In this document: positions 1-6,845 of the stretch, piece by piece
Numbering within the stretch: position 1 is the stretch's first letter
How the letters are laid out: every line of letters starts with the position of its first letter
Source of the DNA: a virus
Lineage: Duplodnaviria; Heunggongvirae; Uroviricota; Caudoviricetes
IMG/VR virus record: IMGVR_UViG_2541047860_000008
Length of the DNA stretch: 9,750 nucleotides
Direction: 5' to 3' (one strand)
The notes under the pieces: generated by a model
Database searches by the model: none
Told to the model about the DNA's origin: nothing
What the model saw: the letters and a program-made list of their open reading frames with translations, nothing else
Program-made: the position numbers and the translations under genes

Positions 1-975
1 ACGCCAAAGGCGGTAAAGACAGCATATGACCTTGCTAACGGGAAATATACCGCACAGGACGCGACCACAGCGCGAAAAGGCCTTGTCCAGCTCAGCAGCG
101 CCACTAACAGCACGTCAGAAACGCAGGCTGCCACACCAAAAGCCGTGAAGGCTGTATATGACCTTGCCAATGGAAAACAACCTGCCGACGCCACACTGAC
201 CGCACTGGCAGGCCTTGCCACTGCGGCAGACAAACTTCCGTATTTTACGGGGAATGATACAGCCAGCCTGACAACCCTGACTAACGTTGGACGGAATATT
301 CTGGATAAAGCAAGCACACAGGCGGTTATTCAATATCTTGGTCTGAGCGATGCAAGTGGATACGTTGGACGCTGGCTGAATACCCGGGTTTTCACCTCAT
401 CAGGTACGTACACCCCGACGCCAGGAACAAAACGGATCAGGGTCACAATAACTGGCGGCGGTGGCGGAGGGGGCGGCTGCAAGGCTACATCCAATAATGA
501 AACGTTTTTCGGTGCTGGCGGTGGGGCCGGTGGAACAATAATTTCAATAATTACCCCGACACAGAATAGTTATCCGGTCACTATCGGCGCAGGTGGGGCC
601 GGTGGTGTTAGTGCGACGAACGGCACCAGTGGCGGGAATAGCGTATTTGCATCGTTAATTGCTCCTGGTGGCGCAGGTGGCGGGAAAGTGGGAGTTACAA
701 ATACAAACGGCGGTAACGGAGGTGTGCCGAGTACTGGCGATATCCGCATCACTGGTGGAAATGGAGGCGACGGTCAGTCCGGAAATATCAGCGTCAGCGG
801 TGAAGGCGGAACATCGTACTGGGGTGGCGGTGGACGCGCAGGCGCTGGCGGTGGCGTTAGCGGTAAGGCATATGGTTCAGGCGGAGGTGGCGCATACGAT
901 GCCGGTTATAGCGGAACCAGTATGACGGGCGGGAAAGGCGCTGCAGGGATTTGTATTATCGAGGAGTTTGCATAA
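1..975 (+). CDS. H: Tail fibre protein, P2 gpH-like (3' portion; true start lies upstream of the window)
   Basis: Frame 1 is open from nt 1 to the TAA at 973-975, so the ATG at 145 in the ORF track is internal. Translation from nt 1 gives TPKAVKTAYDLANGK...ATTARKGLVQLSSATNSTSE...KQPADATLTALAGLATAADKLPYF...ASLTTLTNVGRNIL, motifs I recognise from the conserved shaft of P2 gpH. The last ~170 aa form a glycine-rich tip. Confidence 0.88.
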   Translation, partial: TPKAVKTAYDLANGKYTAQDATTARKGLVQLSSATNSTSETQAATPKAVKAVYDLANGKQPADATLTALAGLATAADKLPYFTGNDTASLTTLTNVGRNILDKASTQAVIQYLGLSDASGYVGRWLNTRVFTSSGTYTPTPGTKRIRVTITGGGGGGGGCKATSNNETFFGAGGGAGGTIISIITPTQNSYPVTIGAGGAGGVSATNGTSGGNSVFASLIAPGGAGGGKVGVTNTNGGNGGVPSTGDIRITGGNGGDGQSGNISVSGEGGTSYWGGGGRAGAGGGVSGKAYGSGGGGAYDAGYSGTSMTGGKGAAGICIIEEFA

Positions 976-1385
976 TGAATGCGTCATATGCAGTTATTGA
1001 AAATGGGATGGTTGTGAATGTCATTGTCTGGGATGGTGAGGATGAATTCACTGTGCCGGATAATCTGCAGCTCATTAATATTTCTGATATCAGTGAGCAG
1101 CCCGGAATCGGCTGGGCGTATTCAGACGGGGTATTTACTGCGCCGCTCCCTCCGGAACGTTCTCATGATGAACTGGTAGCTGACGCTGAACAGAAAAAAC
1201 AGTCGCTGTTAGACGCAGCAATGGCCAATATCAGCGTGATTCAGTTAAAGCTGCAGGCCGGGCGCAAACTGACGCAAGAGGAAACTACCCGACTTAACGT
1301 TGTGCTGGATTATATCGACGCTGTGACGGCAACAGATACCAGCACCGCACCGGATGTCATCTGGCCTGAACTGCCGGAGGCGTAG
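975..1385 (+). CDS. G: Tail fibre assembly chaperone (Tfa / P2 gpG-like), 136 aa
   Basis: ATG at 975 overlaps the H stop (TAATG) with GAGGAG at 961-966 as RBS. The C-terminus ...TRLNVVLDYIDAVTATDTSTAPDVIWPELPE resembles the conserved C-terminal motif of lambda Tfa / P2 G / Mu U chaperones, and the gene sits immediately 3' of the fibre gene. The ORF-track start at 951 is a TTG without a better RBS and is not preferred. Confidence 0.85.
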   Translation: MNASYAVIENGMVVNVIVWDGEDEFTVPDNLQLINISDISEQPGIGWAYSDGVFTAPLPPERSHDELVADAEQKKQSLLDAAMANISVIQLKLQAGRKLTQEETTRLNVVLDYIDAVTATDTSTAPDVIWPELPEA

Positions 1386-1584
1386 ACCATTCAATATCTG
1401 ACGTACCGGAAGTATCGGACCGCTCCGGTGCGTACAGGTAATCCAGCCACAAATTATATTGCGCCAGTACCTCAGACCTGCCGGGCTATTGCTTAGTGTT
1501 CATGTGTTTATTGGCCTGATTAATCAGTAGCTGTCTTTCTGGTCGTGTGGATCCTGCAAATCCTGAATGGTCGGAAATACCGCA

Positions 1585-1610
1585 GGCGGGCTGATTGCCC
1601 GCCTTTTTTA
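1585..1610 (+). terminator. Rho-independent terminator closing the fibre (H-G) transcription unit
   Basis: GGCGGGC (1585-1591) and GCCCGCC (1597-1603) form a perfect 7-bp GC-rich stem with a 5-nt loop, followed directly by TTTTTTA (1604-1610). The reverse complement lacks a 3' U-tract, so it is + strand only. Confidence 0.7.
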
Positions 1611-1705
1611 TCTGTTGTTTCATCCACTGACCAGCCAGGTCAAATAGCGTCTCATGCTCTGCACAACAGAAAATAGTTGCACCCATTAACCACGGAGTTA
1701 AACGG
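1611..1705 (+). promoter_or_regulatory. Putative Ogr-dependent late promoter for the FI-FII-E-T-U-D operon (P_F equivalent)
   Basis: Positional inference: P2 has a late promoter immediately upstream of FI. The sequence shows TGT(1616-1618)-N12-CCA(1631-1633), a one-mismatch version of the TGT-N12-ACA activator half-site pair, centred about 80 nt upstream of the FI ATG, and GGAG at 1694-1697 as the FI RBS. No clear sigma70 -35, as expected for activator-dependent promoters. Exact -10 and TSS not determinable by eye. Confidence 0.3.
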
Positions 1706-2896
1706 ATGAGTGACTATCATCACGGCGTGCAGGTGCTGGAGATTAACGAGGGCACCCGCGTCATTTCCACTGTATCCACGGCCATTGTCGGCATGGTCTG
1801 CACGGCCAGCGATGCGGATGCGGAAACCTTCCCCCTCAATAAACCTGTGCTGATTACCAATGTGCAGACCGCAATTGCAAAGGCCGGTAAAAAAGGCACG
1901 CTGGCGGCATCGTTGCAGGCCATCGCCGACCAGTCAAAACCAGTGACTGTTGTTGTGCGCGTGGAAGACGGCACCGGCGACGACGAGGAAACGAAACTCG
2001 CGCAGACCGTTTCCAATATCATCGGCACCACCGACGAAAACGGTCAGTACACCGGACTGAAAGCCCTGCTGGCGGCGGAGTCGGTAACCGGTGTTAAACC
2101 GCGTATTCTCGGCGTACCGGGACTGGATACCAAAGAGGTGGCTGTTGCACTGGCATCAGTCTGTCAGAAGTTGCGCGCTTTCGGGTATATCAGCGCATGG
2201 GGCTGTAAAACCATTTCCGAGGTGAAAGCTTACCGCCAGAATTTCAGCCAGCGTGAGCTGATGGTCATCTGGCCGGATTTCCTCGCATGGGATACGGTCA
2301 CCAGTACCACCGCCACCGCGTATGCCACCGCCCGTGCGCTGGGTCTGCGCGCTAAAATCGACCAGGAGCAGGGCTGGCATAAAACGCTGTCCAATGTCGG
2401 GGTGAACGGTGTTACCGGCATCAGCGCCTCTGTATTCTGGGATTTGCAGGAGTCCGGCACCGATGCTGACCTGCTTAACGAGTCAGGCGTTACTACGCTG
2501 ATTCGCCGCGACGGTTTCCGCTTCTGGGGTAACCGTACCTGCTCTGATGACCCGCTGTTCCTCTTTGAAAACTACACCCGCACCGCGCAGGTGCTGGCCG
2601 ACACGATGGCTGAGGCGCACATGTGGGCGGTGGACAAGCCCATCACCGCAACGCTGATTCGCGACATCGTTGACGGCATCAATGCCAAATTCCGTGAGCT
2701 GAAAACAAACGGCTATATCGTGGATGCGACCTGCTGGTTCAGCGAAGAATCCAACGATGCGGAAACCCTCAAGGCCGGAAAACTGTATATCGACTACGAC
2801 TATACCCCGGTGCCTCCTCTCGAAAACCTGACCCTGCGCCAGCGTATTACCGATAAATACCTGGCAAATCTGGTCACCTCGGTTAACAGCAATTAA
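1706..2896 (+). CDS. FI: Contractile tail sheath protein (P2 gpFI), 396 aa
   Basis: ATG at 1706 with GGAG RBS about 8 nt upstream. The 396-aa product has the same length as P2 FI and its N-terminus MSDYHHGVQVLEINEGTR... is recognisable as the myovirus sheath family. It follows the fibre genes and precedes the tube gene, as in P2. Confidence 0.95.
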   Translation: MSDYHHGVQVLEINEGTRVISTVSTAIVGMVCTASDADAETFPLNKPVLITNVQTAIAKAGKKGTLAASLQAIADQSKPVTVVVRVEDGTGDDEETKLAQTVSNIIGTTDENGQYTGLKALLAAESVTGVKPRILGVPGLDTKEVAVALASVCQKLRAFGYISAWGCKTISEVKAYRQNFSQRELMVIWPDFLAWDTVTSTTATAYATARALGLRAKIDQEQGWHKTLSNVGVNGVTGISASVFWDLQESGTDADLLNESGVTTLIRRDGFRFWGNRTCSDDPLFLFENYTRTAQVLADTMAEAHMWAVDKPITATLIRDIVDGINAKFRELKTNGYIVDATCWFSEESNDAETLKAGKLYIDYDYTPVPPLENLTLRQRITDKYLANLVTSVNSN

Positions 2897-2908
2897 GGAG
2901 CCTGACCG

Positions 2909-3427
2909 ATGGCAATGCCGCGCAAACTCAAGTTAATGAACGTCTTTCTGAACGGCTACAGCTATCAGGGCGTTGCAAAGTCCGTCACGCTGCCAAAACT
3001 GACCCGTAAGCTTGAAAACTATCGCGGTGCGGGGATGAACGGCAGCGCACCGGTAGACCTCGGCCTTGATGACGATGCGCTGTCAATGGAGTGGTCGCTC
3101 GGGGGCTTCCCGGATTCGGTTATTTGGGAGCTTTACGCCGCAACCGGTGTGGATGCCGTGCCGATTCGTTTTGCCAGCTCTTACCAGCGCGACGATACCG
3201 GCGAAACGGTGGCCGTCGAGGTGGTCATGCGTGGCCGTCAGAAAGAAATCGACACCGGCGAGGGTAAACAGGGAGAAGACACCGAGTCGAAAATCTCCGT
3301 GGTCTGCACCTATTTCCGGCTGACGATGGACGGTAAGGAGCTGGTCGAAATCGACACCATCAACATGATTGAGAAGGTGAACGGCGTCGACCGGCTGGAG
3401 CAACACCGCCGAAATATCGGCCTGTGA
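2909..3427 (+). CDS. FII: Tail tube protein (P2 gpFII), 172 aa
   Basis: AAGGAG RBS at 2895-2900 and ATG at 2909. The 172-aa product (MAMPRKLKLMNVFLNGYSYQG...) matches P2 FII in length and position directly after the sheath gene. Confidence 0.95.
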   Translation: MAMPRKLKLMNVFLNGYSYQGVAKSVTLPKLTRKLENYRGAGMNGSAPVDLGLDDDALSMEWSLGGFPDSVIWELYAATGVDAVPIRFASSYQRDDTGETVAVEVVMRGRQKEIDTGEGKQGEDTESKISVVCTYFRLTMDGKELVEIDTINMIEKVNGVDRLEQHRRNIGL

Positions 3428-3434
3428 TTTTCAT

Positions 3435-3455
3435 CCGGTCAGCCTGGCTGACCGG
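3435..3455 (+). other. Perfect RNA hairpin between the tube gene and E (candidate intra-operon attenuator or stabiliser)
   Basis: CCGGTCAGC (3435-3443) and GCTGACCGG (3447-3455) form a perfect 9-bp stem with a 3-nt loop, beginning 8 nt after the FII stop. There is no downstream U-tract, so it is not a canonical intrinsic terminator. Confidence 0.4.
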
Positions 3456-3483
3456 TTAACCCTGATTCAGAAGTGAGAAAACC

Positions 3484-3759
3484 ATGAACAAAGAAAATGT
3501 CATTACCCTGGACAATCCGGTCAAGCGTGGTGAGCAGGTCATCGAACAGGTCACGCTGATGAAACCCAGTGCCGGGACACTGCGCGGTGTCAGTCTGGCT
3601 GCGGTCGCGAACTCCGAAGTCGATGCACTGATTAAGGTGCTGCCGCGCATGACGGCACCGATGCTGACCGAGCAGGAAGTCGCCGCGCTGGAACTGCCTG
3701 ACCTTGTGGCGCTGGCCGGTAAGGTGGTCGGTTTTTTGTCGCCGAACTCGGTGCAGTGA
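3484..3759 (+). CDS. E: Tail assembly chaperone gpE, 91 aa (zero-frame product)
   Basis: ATG at 3484. The 91-aa product matches P2 E in length, sits between the tube and tape-measure genes, and ends ...GFLSPNSVQ just after a TTTTTTG slippery site. Confidence 0.9.
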   Translation: MNKENVITLDNPVKRGEQVIEQVTLMKPSAGTLRGVSLAAVANSEVDALIKVLPRMTAPMLTEQEVAALELPDLVALAGKVVGFLSPNSVQ

Positions 3760-3911
3760 CGTTTCCGAAAAATCTCTCGGTCGATGACCTGATGGCAGAT
3801 GTGGCAGTGATATTTCACTGGCCGCCATCAGAACTGTATCCCATGAGCCTGACCGAACTCATCACATGGCGCGAAAAGGCGCTCCGGCGAAGCGGAAACA
3901 CGAATGAGTAA
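3484..3911 (+). CDS. E+E': gpE+E' tail assembly chaperone made by programmed -1 ribosomal frameshift (142 aa)
   Basis: The slippery heptamer T TTT TTG (3732-3738) lies in the E zero frame (codons GGT TTT TTG). Shifting -1 after it and reading from 3738 gives VAELGAVTFPKNLSVDDLMADVAVIFHWPPSELYPMSLTELITWREKALRRSGNTNE to a TAA at 3909-3911. The total is 85 + 57 = 142 aa, the length of P2 E+E', and the extension overlaps the start of T by 8 nt, as in P2. Confidence 0.8.
3732..3738 (+). other. -1 frameshift slippery site T TTT TTG for E/E'
   Basis: The heptamer is seen directly and is the same motif reported for the P2 E/E' and analogous lambda G/GT chaperone frameshifts. Confidence 0.8.
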
Positions 3912-6351
3912 CAATGTAAAATTACAGGTATTGCTCAGGGCTGTTGACCAGGCATCCCGCCCGTTTAAATCCATCCGCACAGCGAGCAAGTCGCTGTCGG
4001 GGGATATCCGGGAAACACAAAAATCACTGCGCGAGCTGAACGGTCACGCATCCCGTATTGAGGGATTCCGCAAGACCAGTGCACAGCTCGCCGTGACTGG
4101 TCATGCACTTGAAAAGGCACGGCAGGAGGCCGAAGCCCTTGCCACACAGTTTAAAAACACCGAACGTCCGACCCGTGCTCAGGCGAAAGTCCTGGAATCC
4201 GCAAAGCGTGCGGCGGAGGACTTACAGGCGAAATATAACCGCCTGACAGATTCCGTTAAACGCCAGCAGCGGGAACTGGCCGCTGTGGGAATTAATACCC
4301 GCAATCTTGCACATGATGAGCAGGGACTGAAAAACCGTATCAGTGAAACCACCGCACAGCTTAACCGTCAGCGTGATGCGCTGGTGCGTGTCAGTGCGCA
4401 ACAGGCAAAACTTAACGCAGTAAAACAGCGTTATCAGGCCGGAAAGGAACTGGCCGGAAATATGGCCTCAGTGGGCGCTGCCGGTGTGGGGATTGCGGCG
4501 GCGGGAACGATGGCCGGAGTTAAGCTGCTGATGCCCGGTTATGAGTTTGCGCAGAAAAACTCAGAATTACAGGCTGTGCTCGGAGTGGCAAAAGACTCCA
4601 ACGAAATGGCCGCACTACGCAAACAGGCGCGCCAGCTTGGCGACAATACCGCCGCCTCGGCGGATGATGCGGCCGGTGCACAGATTATCATTGCGAAAGC
4701 CGGTGGGGATGTTGATGCCATTCAGGCGGCAACGCCGGTCACGCTGAACATGGCGCTGGCGAACCGCCGCACGATGGAAGAAAACGCCGCCCTGCTGATG
4801 GGGATGAAATCCGCCTTTCAGCTTTCAAACGATAAGGTCGCTCATATCGGGGATGTTCTCTCCATGACGATGAACAAAACCGCCGCCGATTTTGACGGCA
4901 TGAGCGATGCGCTGACCTATGCCGCACCTGTGGCAAAAAATGCCGGTGTCAGCATTGAAGAAACCGCCGCAATGGTCGGGGCGCTGCATGATGCAAAAAT
5001 CACAGGCTCAATGGCGGGGACGGGAAGCCGTGCCGTGTTAAGCCGCCTGCAGGCACCGACGGGAAAAGCATGGGATGCACTCAAAGAGCTTGGTGTGAAA
5101 ACCTCAGACAGTAAGGGGAATACCCGACCAATATTTACCATTCTGAAAGAAATGCAGGCCAGTTTTGAGAAAAACCGGCTCGGTACTGCCCAGCAGGCTG
5201 AATACATGAAAACTATTTTCGGGGAGGAGGCCAGCTCAGCCGCCGCCGTGCTGATGACTGCCGCCTCAACCGGAAAGCTGGACAAACTGACTGCTGCGTT
5301 TAAAGCCTCAGACGGGAAGACCGCCGAGCTGGTAAATATCATGCAGGATAACCTCGGCGGCGACTTTAAATCGTTTCAGTCAGCGTATCAGGCTGTTGGC
5401 ACTGACCTGTTTGACCAGCAGGAAGGCGCACTGCGTAATCTCACGCAGACGGCCACAAAGTATGTGTTAAAACTCGACGGCTGGATCCAGAAAAACAAAT
5501 CACTGGCGTCAACCATCGGCATCATTGCCGGTGGCGCACTGGCGCTTACTGGCATCATCGGTGCCATTGGTCTTGTAGCCTGGCCGGTTATCACCGGCAT
5601 CAATGCCATCATCGCGGCAGCAGGCGCAATGGGGGCAGTCTTCACGACGGTTGGCAGTGCCGTTATGACGGCCATCGGGGCGATTAGCTGGCCGGTAGTG
5701 GCCGTGGTGGCCGCCATTGTCGCCGGGGCGTTACTTATCCGTAAATACTGGAAGCCTGTCAGCGCATTTTTTGGCGGTGTGGTTGAAGGGCTGAAAGCGG
5801 CATTTGCGCCGGTGGGGGAACTGTTCACGCCACTTAAACCGGTGTTTGACTGGCTGGGTGAAAAGTTACAGGCCGCGTGGCAGTGGTTTAAAAATCTGAT
5901 TGCCCCGGTCAAAGCCACCCAGGACACCCTGAACCGTTGCCGTGACACGGGCGTCATGTTCGGGCAGGCACTGGCTGACGCGTTGATGCTGCCGCTTAAT
6001 GCGTTCAACAAACTGCGCAGTGGTATTGACTGGGTACTGGAAAAACTCGGTGTTATCAACAAAGAGTCAGACACACTTGACCAGACCGCCGCCAGAACTC
6101 AAGCCGCAACGTATGGCAGCAGTGGTTATATTCCGGCGACCAGCTCTTATGCAGGTTATCAGGCTTATCAGCCGGTCACGGCACCGGCTGGCCGCTCTTA
6201 TGTAGACCAGAGTAAAAACGAATATCACATCAGCCTGACGGGTGGTACTGCGCCGGGGACACAGCTCGACCGCCAGTTACAGGATGCGCTCGAAAAATAC
6301 GAGCGGGACAAACGTGCGCGCGCCCGTGCCAGCATGATGCATGACGGTTAA
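3904..6351 (+). CDS. T: Tail tape measure protein (P2 gpT), 815 aa
   Basis: The 815-aa product equals P2 T in length. The N-terminal half is predicted coiled-coil rich in A/Q/R/K/E, with a long hydrophobic Gly/Ala/Ile-rich segment at about aa 535-610 (ASTIGIIAGGALALTGIIGAIGLVAWPVITG...), typical of tape measure proteins. Position after E/E' fits. Confidence 0.95.
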   Translation: MSNNVKLQVLLRAVDQASRPFKSIRTASKSLSGDIRETQKSLRELNGHASRIEGFRKTSAQLAVTGHALEKARQEAEALATQFKNTERPTRAQAKVLESAKRAAEDLQAKYNRLTDSVKRQQRELAAVGINTRNLAHDEQGLKNRISETTAQLNRQRDALVRVSAQQAKLNAVKQRYQAGKELAGNMASVGAAGVGIAAAGTMAGVKLLMPGYEFAQKNSELQAVLGVAKDSNEMAALRKQARQLGDNTAASADDAAGAQIIIAKAGGDVDAIQAATPVTLNMALANRRTMEENAALLMGMKSAFQLSNDKVAHIGDVLSMTMNKTAADFDGMSDALTYAAPVAKNAGVSIEETAAMVGALHDAKITGSMAGTGSRAVLSRLQAPTGKAWDALKELGVKTSDSKGNTRPIFTILKEMQASFEKNRLGTAQQAEYMKTIFGEEASSAAAVLMTAASTGKLDKLTAAFKASDGKTAELVNIMQDNLGGDFKSFQSAYQAVGTDLFDQQEGALRNLTQTATKYVLKLDGWIQKNKSLASTIGIIAGGALALTGIIGAIGLVAWPVITGINAIIAAAGAMGAVFTTVGSAVMTAIGAISWPVVAVVAAIVAGALLIRKYWKPVSAFFGGVVEGLKAAFAPVGELFTPLKPVFDWLGEKLQAAWQWFKNLIAPVKATQDTLNRCRDTGVMFGQALADALMLPLNAFNKLRSGIDWVLEKLGVINKESDTLDQTAARTQAATYGSSGYIPATSSYAGYQAYQPVTAPAGRSYVDQSKNEYHISLTGGTAPGTQLDRQLQDALEKYERDKRARARASMMHDG

Positions 6352-6365
6352 GGAGGTGACGAAAA

Positions 6366-6845
6366 ATGATGCTCGCGTTAGGTATGTTTGTTTTTATGCG
6401 CCAGACGCTGCCACACCAGACCATGCAGCGTGAATCAGATTATCGCTGGCCGTCAAATTCCCGTATCGGTAAACGGGATGCCTACCAGTTTCTCGGTGTG
6501 GGTGAGGAAAACATCACGCTTGCCGGTGTGCTTTATCCCGAACTGACCGGCGGAAAGCTGACGATGACCACGCTCAGGCTGATGGCAGATGAAGGCCGGG
6601 CGTGGCCGTTGCTGGATGGCACCGGCATGATTTACGGCATGTATGTCATCAGCAGGGTGAGTGAAACAGGGAGTATTTTCTTTGCAGACGGCACACCCCG
6701 AAAAATTGATTTTACGCTGTCGCTCACCCGCGTTGATGAATCACTGGCCGCGCTTTATGGCGATATCGGTAAACAGGCGGAATCGCTCATCGGTAAGGCT
6801 GGCAGTATGGCGACTAAATTCACGGGTATGACGGGGGTGGGATAA
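6366..6845 (+). CDS. U: Tail protein gpU (tail completion/terminator-like), 159 aa
   Basis: AGGAGG at 6350-6355 and ATG at 6366. The 159-aa product equals P2 U in length, and its stop overlaps the D start (TAATG at 6843-6847). Confidence 0.9.
   Translation: MMLALGMFVFMRQTLPHQTMQRESDYRWPSNSRIGKRDAYQFLGVGEENITLAGVLYPELTGGKLTMTTLRLMADEGRAWPLLDGTGMIYGMYVISRVSETGSIFFADGTPRKIDFTLSLTRVDESLAALYGDIGKQAESLIGKAGSMATKFTGMTGVG

Noticed and set aside
659-925. 88-aa + strand ORF in an alternative frame inside H
   Set aside because: It lies wholly within the fibre coding region and arises from the repetitive GGN codon structure. There is no RBS.
951-974. TTG start at 951 for the tail-fibre assembly gene
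   Set aside because: The ATG at 975 has a GAGGAG RBS at the right spacing and gives the usual stop-start overlap (TAATG). The TTG start would lie inside the last codons of H with no RBS.
1516-1527. 12-bp perfect palindrome CTGATTAATCAG as a standalone operator
   Set aside because: A perfect 12-mer palindrome is expected by chance once or twice in about 10 kb. There is no second copy or adjacent promoter to support a regulatory role, so it is noted only inside the hotspot finding.
1648-1665. CGT-N12-ACA element as the Ogr binding site
   Set aside because: Its centre is only about 50 nt upstream of the FI ATG, which would put the transcription start inside the coding region if the site is centred near -55. 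The TGT-N12-CCA element at 1616-1633 is better placed.
1486-1686. 66-aa minus-strand ORF in the G-FI gap
   Set aside because: It has no Shine-Dalgarno, it runs through the + strand terminator hairpin, it abuts the FI RBS, and the protein has no recognisable features. It is most likely a chance open frame, kept only as a low-probability item inside the hotspot finding.
4917-6074. Minus-strand ORFs of 141 and 228 aa inside the tape measure gene
   Set aside because: These are antisense shadows of the long GC-rich T gene. The translations are low-complexity Ala/Pro/Ser/Thr-rich and have no start context, while the + strand gene is full length.
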